DNA of 64,000 bases from Candidatus Binatia bacterium (GTDB lineage: Bacteria; Desulfobacterota; Binatia; HRBIN30): contig JBBRSP010000002.1 in NCBI GenBank assembly GCA_038245295.1, forward strand, positions 1 to 64,000, in the 5' to 3' direction. Made by a program: the position numbers and the translations under genes. The notes under the pieces are model-generated. The model had not been told where the DNA came from. It searched no databases and was given only the letters and a program-made list of their open reading frames with translations. This document shows positions 62,195-64,000 of this stretch, in pieces (position 1 is the first letter of the stretch; every line of letters begins with the position of its first letter).

Positions 62195-62241
62195 TACTTA
62201 CTGTGCCTCGGTCGGCGTGGGCAGGGGCGTGGGCGAGGGAC

Positions 62242-62628
62242 TTACGCGGCTACGGCATGGTCGGGGTATGCGGCGAGCATGGATTTGAGATCGTCGACAA
62301 AGTCATGGCCGCAGGCGGTCGTCTTGGGAACAAACGCATGCGCGCCAAGGTCGGCCGCACGATGGCGCGTCTCAGCATCTTCGAGATTTGAAACGATGAC
62401 GATTGGCGTGGTCACGCCGCGGGCGCGGACGCTGGCAAGAAATTGGAAGCCATCCATCCGGGGCAACAAAACATCGAGCAGGATGCAATCGGGCCTACGC
62501 GACTTGAGGACATCGAGGCCTTCCAAACCGTCGGCGGCAGTGACGACATCGAAGCCCGCACGCCTCAGCTGAGCGCTGAGAATCCAACGAATATCGATGC
62601 TGTTGTCGATCACCAACACACAACTCAT
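62242..62628 (-). CDS. Single-domain response regulator receiver (CheY-like)
   Basis: VLVIDN, AADGLEGL, PDCILLDVLLPRMDG, GAHAFVPK; RBS GAGGAG before ATG 62628. Confidence 0.88.
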   Translation of the reverse strand: MSCVLVIDNSIDIRWILSAQLRRAGFDVVTAADGLEGLDVLKSRRPDCILLDVLLPRMDGFQFLASVRARGVTTPIVIVSNLEDAETRHRAADLGAHAFVPKTTACGHDFVDDLKSMLAAYPDHAVAA

Positions 62629-62785
62629 GAGAGAACTCCTCTTCGGCATCGGCCGAATACGATCCGTTGTCTCTCTCTGGTGAGGAATCGCTCGACTTTG
62701 TTGCGTTGATCTTGCAGCCGGGAGTGGAAATCGCGCCCCGAACCCCGAACCCTCCGCGTCAGCACCAATCGACAACCGCTCCACG

Positions 62786-62816
62786 AAAAAGGGGCATGAG
62801 CCTGCGCTCATGCCCC
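62786..62816 (-). terminator. Rho-independent terminator
   Basis: 11-bp stem GGGGCATGAGC/GCTCATGCCCC, 4-nt loop, followed by TTTTT on the minus strand, 24 nt after stop at 62840. Confidence 0.85.
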
Positions 62817-62839
62817 TGGTTTCCTTGAGAGATTGCGAA

Positions 62840-64000
62840 TTACTTGAAGTTGGCCGTGACCGAGAGGTTGGCGTTCATCGTCACGCTGCAGGTCCTGGCA
62901 GTGCCGCTGCAGGCGCCAGCCCAACCGACCCAGGGTGAACCGACATCCGGAGTTGCGGTGAGAGTGACAACCGTGCCGGGTGCGTAGCTCGCGGCCGACG
63001 GTGAGCTGGCGACGGTGCCTTTGCCATTCTTGGAGACGCTCAGCTTGTAGGTGGTCGACGTCGTGGTCGTGCCACCACCGCCACCGCCACCGCCACCACC
63101 GCCACCGCTGGGGGGCTGCACGGCGAAGACCGCACCGACTTCTGTATGTCCGTTGGCAGGCGCAGAGCAGGTCAAAGCCGTACCGGTGCAGGCGCCGGTC
63201 CAACCAGAGAAGATGCTGCCGCTCGCTGGCTTCGCCGTGAGCGTTACGATCGTACCCGCATTGTACGGAGCTTCACACTTGTTGCCGCATGAGATGCGCT
63301 TGTCGGCGGAGTCGACGTTGCCGATGCCCGTGCCACTCTTGGTAACGGTGAGCGAGTCGGCCTGCACGTTGACCGCCACCATCTGTGTGCTGACAAGGAG
63401 GCCGACTTCATCAAGGGCTGGCGCCGTGCAGGTAAGATCGGCGCACAGTGCCATATGGTTATTCGGGTCGTAGTTGCCAATGTACTCCCACGTCTCGATA
63501 CGACGGACGACCGAGCGGGTGGTGGCCTTCAGATCGCGGCCCAACTGCTTCTTCGAATGTGAACCGGAGGGCAGGCCCGGAGGATCCGCCTGGATGAGGC
63601 TCCAGCTGGACTCGATCTGGGCCGGATCCATCGGCACTACCGCCGGATTGTCGGCGACGAGTTCGTTGAGGTTCACCTCGCGTGAGAGCTCGGTAACAAA
63701 GACGCGCTGCCACGAGGCTTCACCATATTGAGGGGGAACCGCGGGCACCGGTGGCGGAGCCGGCACTGGTGGCGGGATCACGATGACAACCTGGGCCGGA
63801 AGGCCGGGCTGCGCCGGTGGCTGAACGTAGTAAGACGGGTAGGGGACCAAAGTCGGAGGATCGACTGGTGCGATGGTGCCGGGGTTGGCCGGATCTTCAC
63901 AGAGCCAGCGCGCGGTCATGTTCGTGATGCTGCCGGCGCCGATACGAGCGGTACCGAAGTGTTCGCAGCCTGAGTCCTGGTAGGTGGCCGGATTCCACTG
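62840..64000 (-). CDS. Surface/secreted protein with two divergent InlB B-type repeats (5' end outside window)
   Basis: LTVTKSGTGIGNV..CGNKC..GTIVTLTAKPASGSIFSGWTGAC and VTLTATPDVGSPWVGWAGAC repeats, poly-Gly/Thr linker. Confidence 0.8.
   Translation of the reverse strand, partial: QWNPATYQDSGCEHFGTARIGAGSITNMTARWLCEDPANPGTIAPVDPPTLVPYPSYYVQPPAQPGLPAQVVIVIPPPVPAPPPVPAVPPQYGEASWQRVFVTELSREVNLNELVADNPAVVPMDPAQIESSWSLIQADPPGLPSGSHSKKQLGRDLKATTRSVVRRIETWEYIGNYDPNNHMALCADLTCTAPALDEVGLLVSTQMVAVNVQADSLTVTKSGTGIGNVDSADKRISCGNKCEAPYNAGTIVTLTAKPASGSIFSGWTGACTGTALTCSAPANGHTEVGAVFAVQPPSGGGGGGGGGGGGTTTTSTTYKLSVSKNGKGTVASSPSAASYAPGTVVTLTATPDVGSPWVGWAGACSGTARTCSVTMNANLSVTANFK

Noticed and set aside
63069..63110. 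(CCACCG)n microsatellite
   Set aside because: It encodes the poly-Gly linker of the surface protein in frame, so it is not a separate element

Overview
GC-rich bacterial chromosomal window with about 50 genes and no rRNA, tRNA or CRISPR array visible. Dockerin-like 'DxNxDxxVTxDE' motifs with Pro/Thr linkers suggest a Binatia-like deltaproteobacterium (inference only). Main contents: (1) 0.9-14.2 kb, a signalling region with a STAND ATPase-TPR-HTH-class III cyclase, an unknown protein, a GAF sigma54 activator, a sigma54 promoter driving a small ORF plus a DyP peroxidase, a GH29 fucosidase and a Ser/Thr kinase-NB-ARC-TPR protein. (2) A BatA/VWA pair and a WecA + STT3-type oligosaccharyltransferase operon. 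(3) Metabolic and envelope genes (amidohydrolase, PFK, P460-like cytochrome, PaaX + desaturase, GPx, OmpA, P450, Fcl). (4) 36-42 kb, a decayed defence/TA islet (Rpn-like, DUF2442, ParDE, deletion-riddled hsdR, YgjP, sbcC remnant). (5) 49.5-62.1 kb, a co-oriented electron-transfer cluster: Cyc2-like cytochrome-porin, cytochrome c, NAD(P)/FAD/FeS oxidoreductase, Rieske, cytochrome b, pentaheme cytochrome c, then PFOR and a DHOD-like flavoprotein. Intergenic DNA holds several REP-like palindrome families and three clusters of a ~160-bp MITE that carries its own hairpin target and is nested inside copies of itself with a GAAA target duplication. The best candidates for undescribed biology are the Cyc2-Rieske/cyt b-NAD(P) oxidoreductase cluster, the self-nesting MITE and the cyclase-GAF/sigma54-peptide-DyP module. 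All family calls are by motif recognition, with no database searches run.
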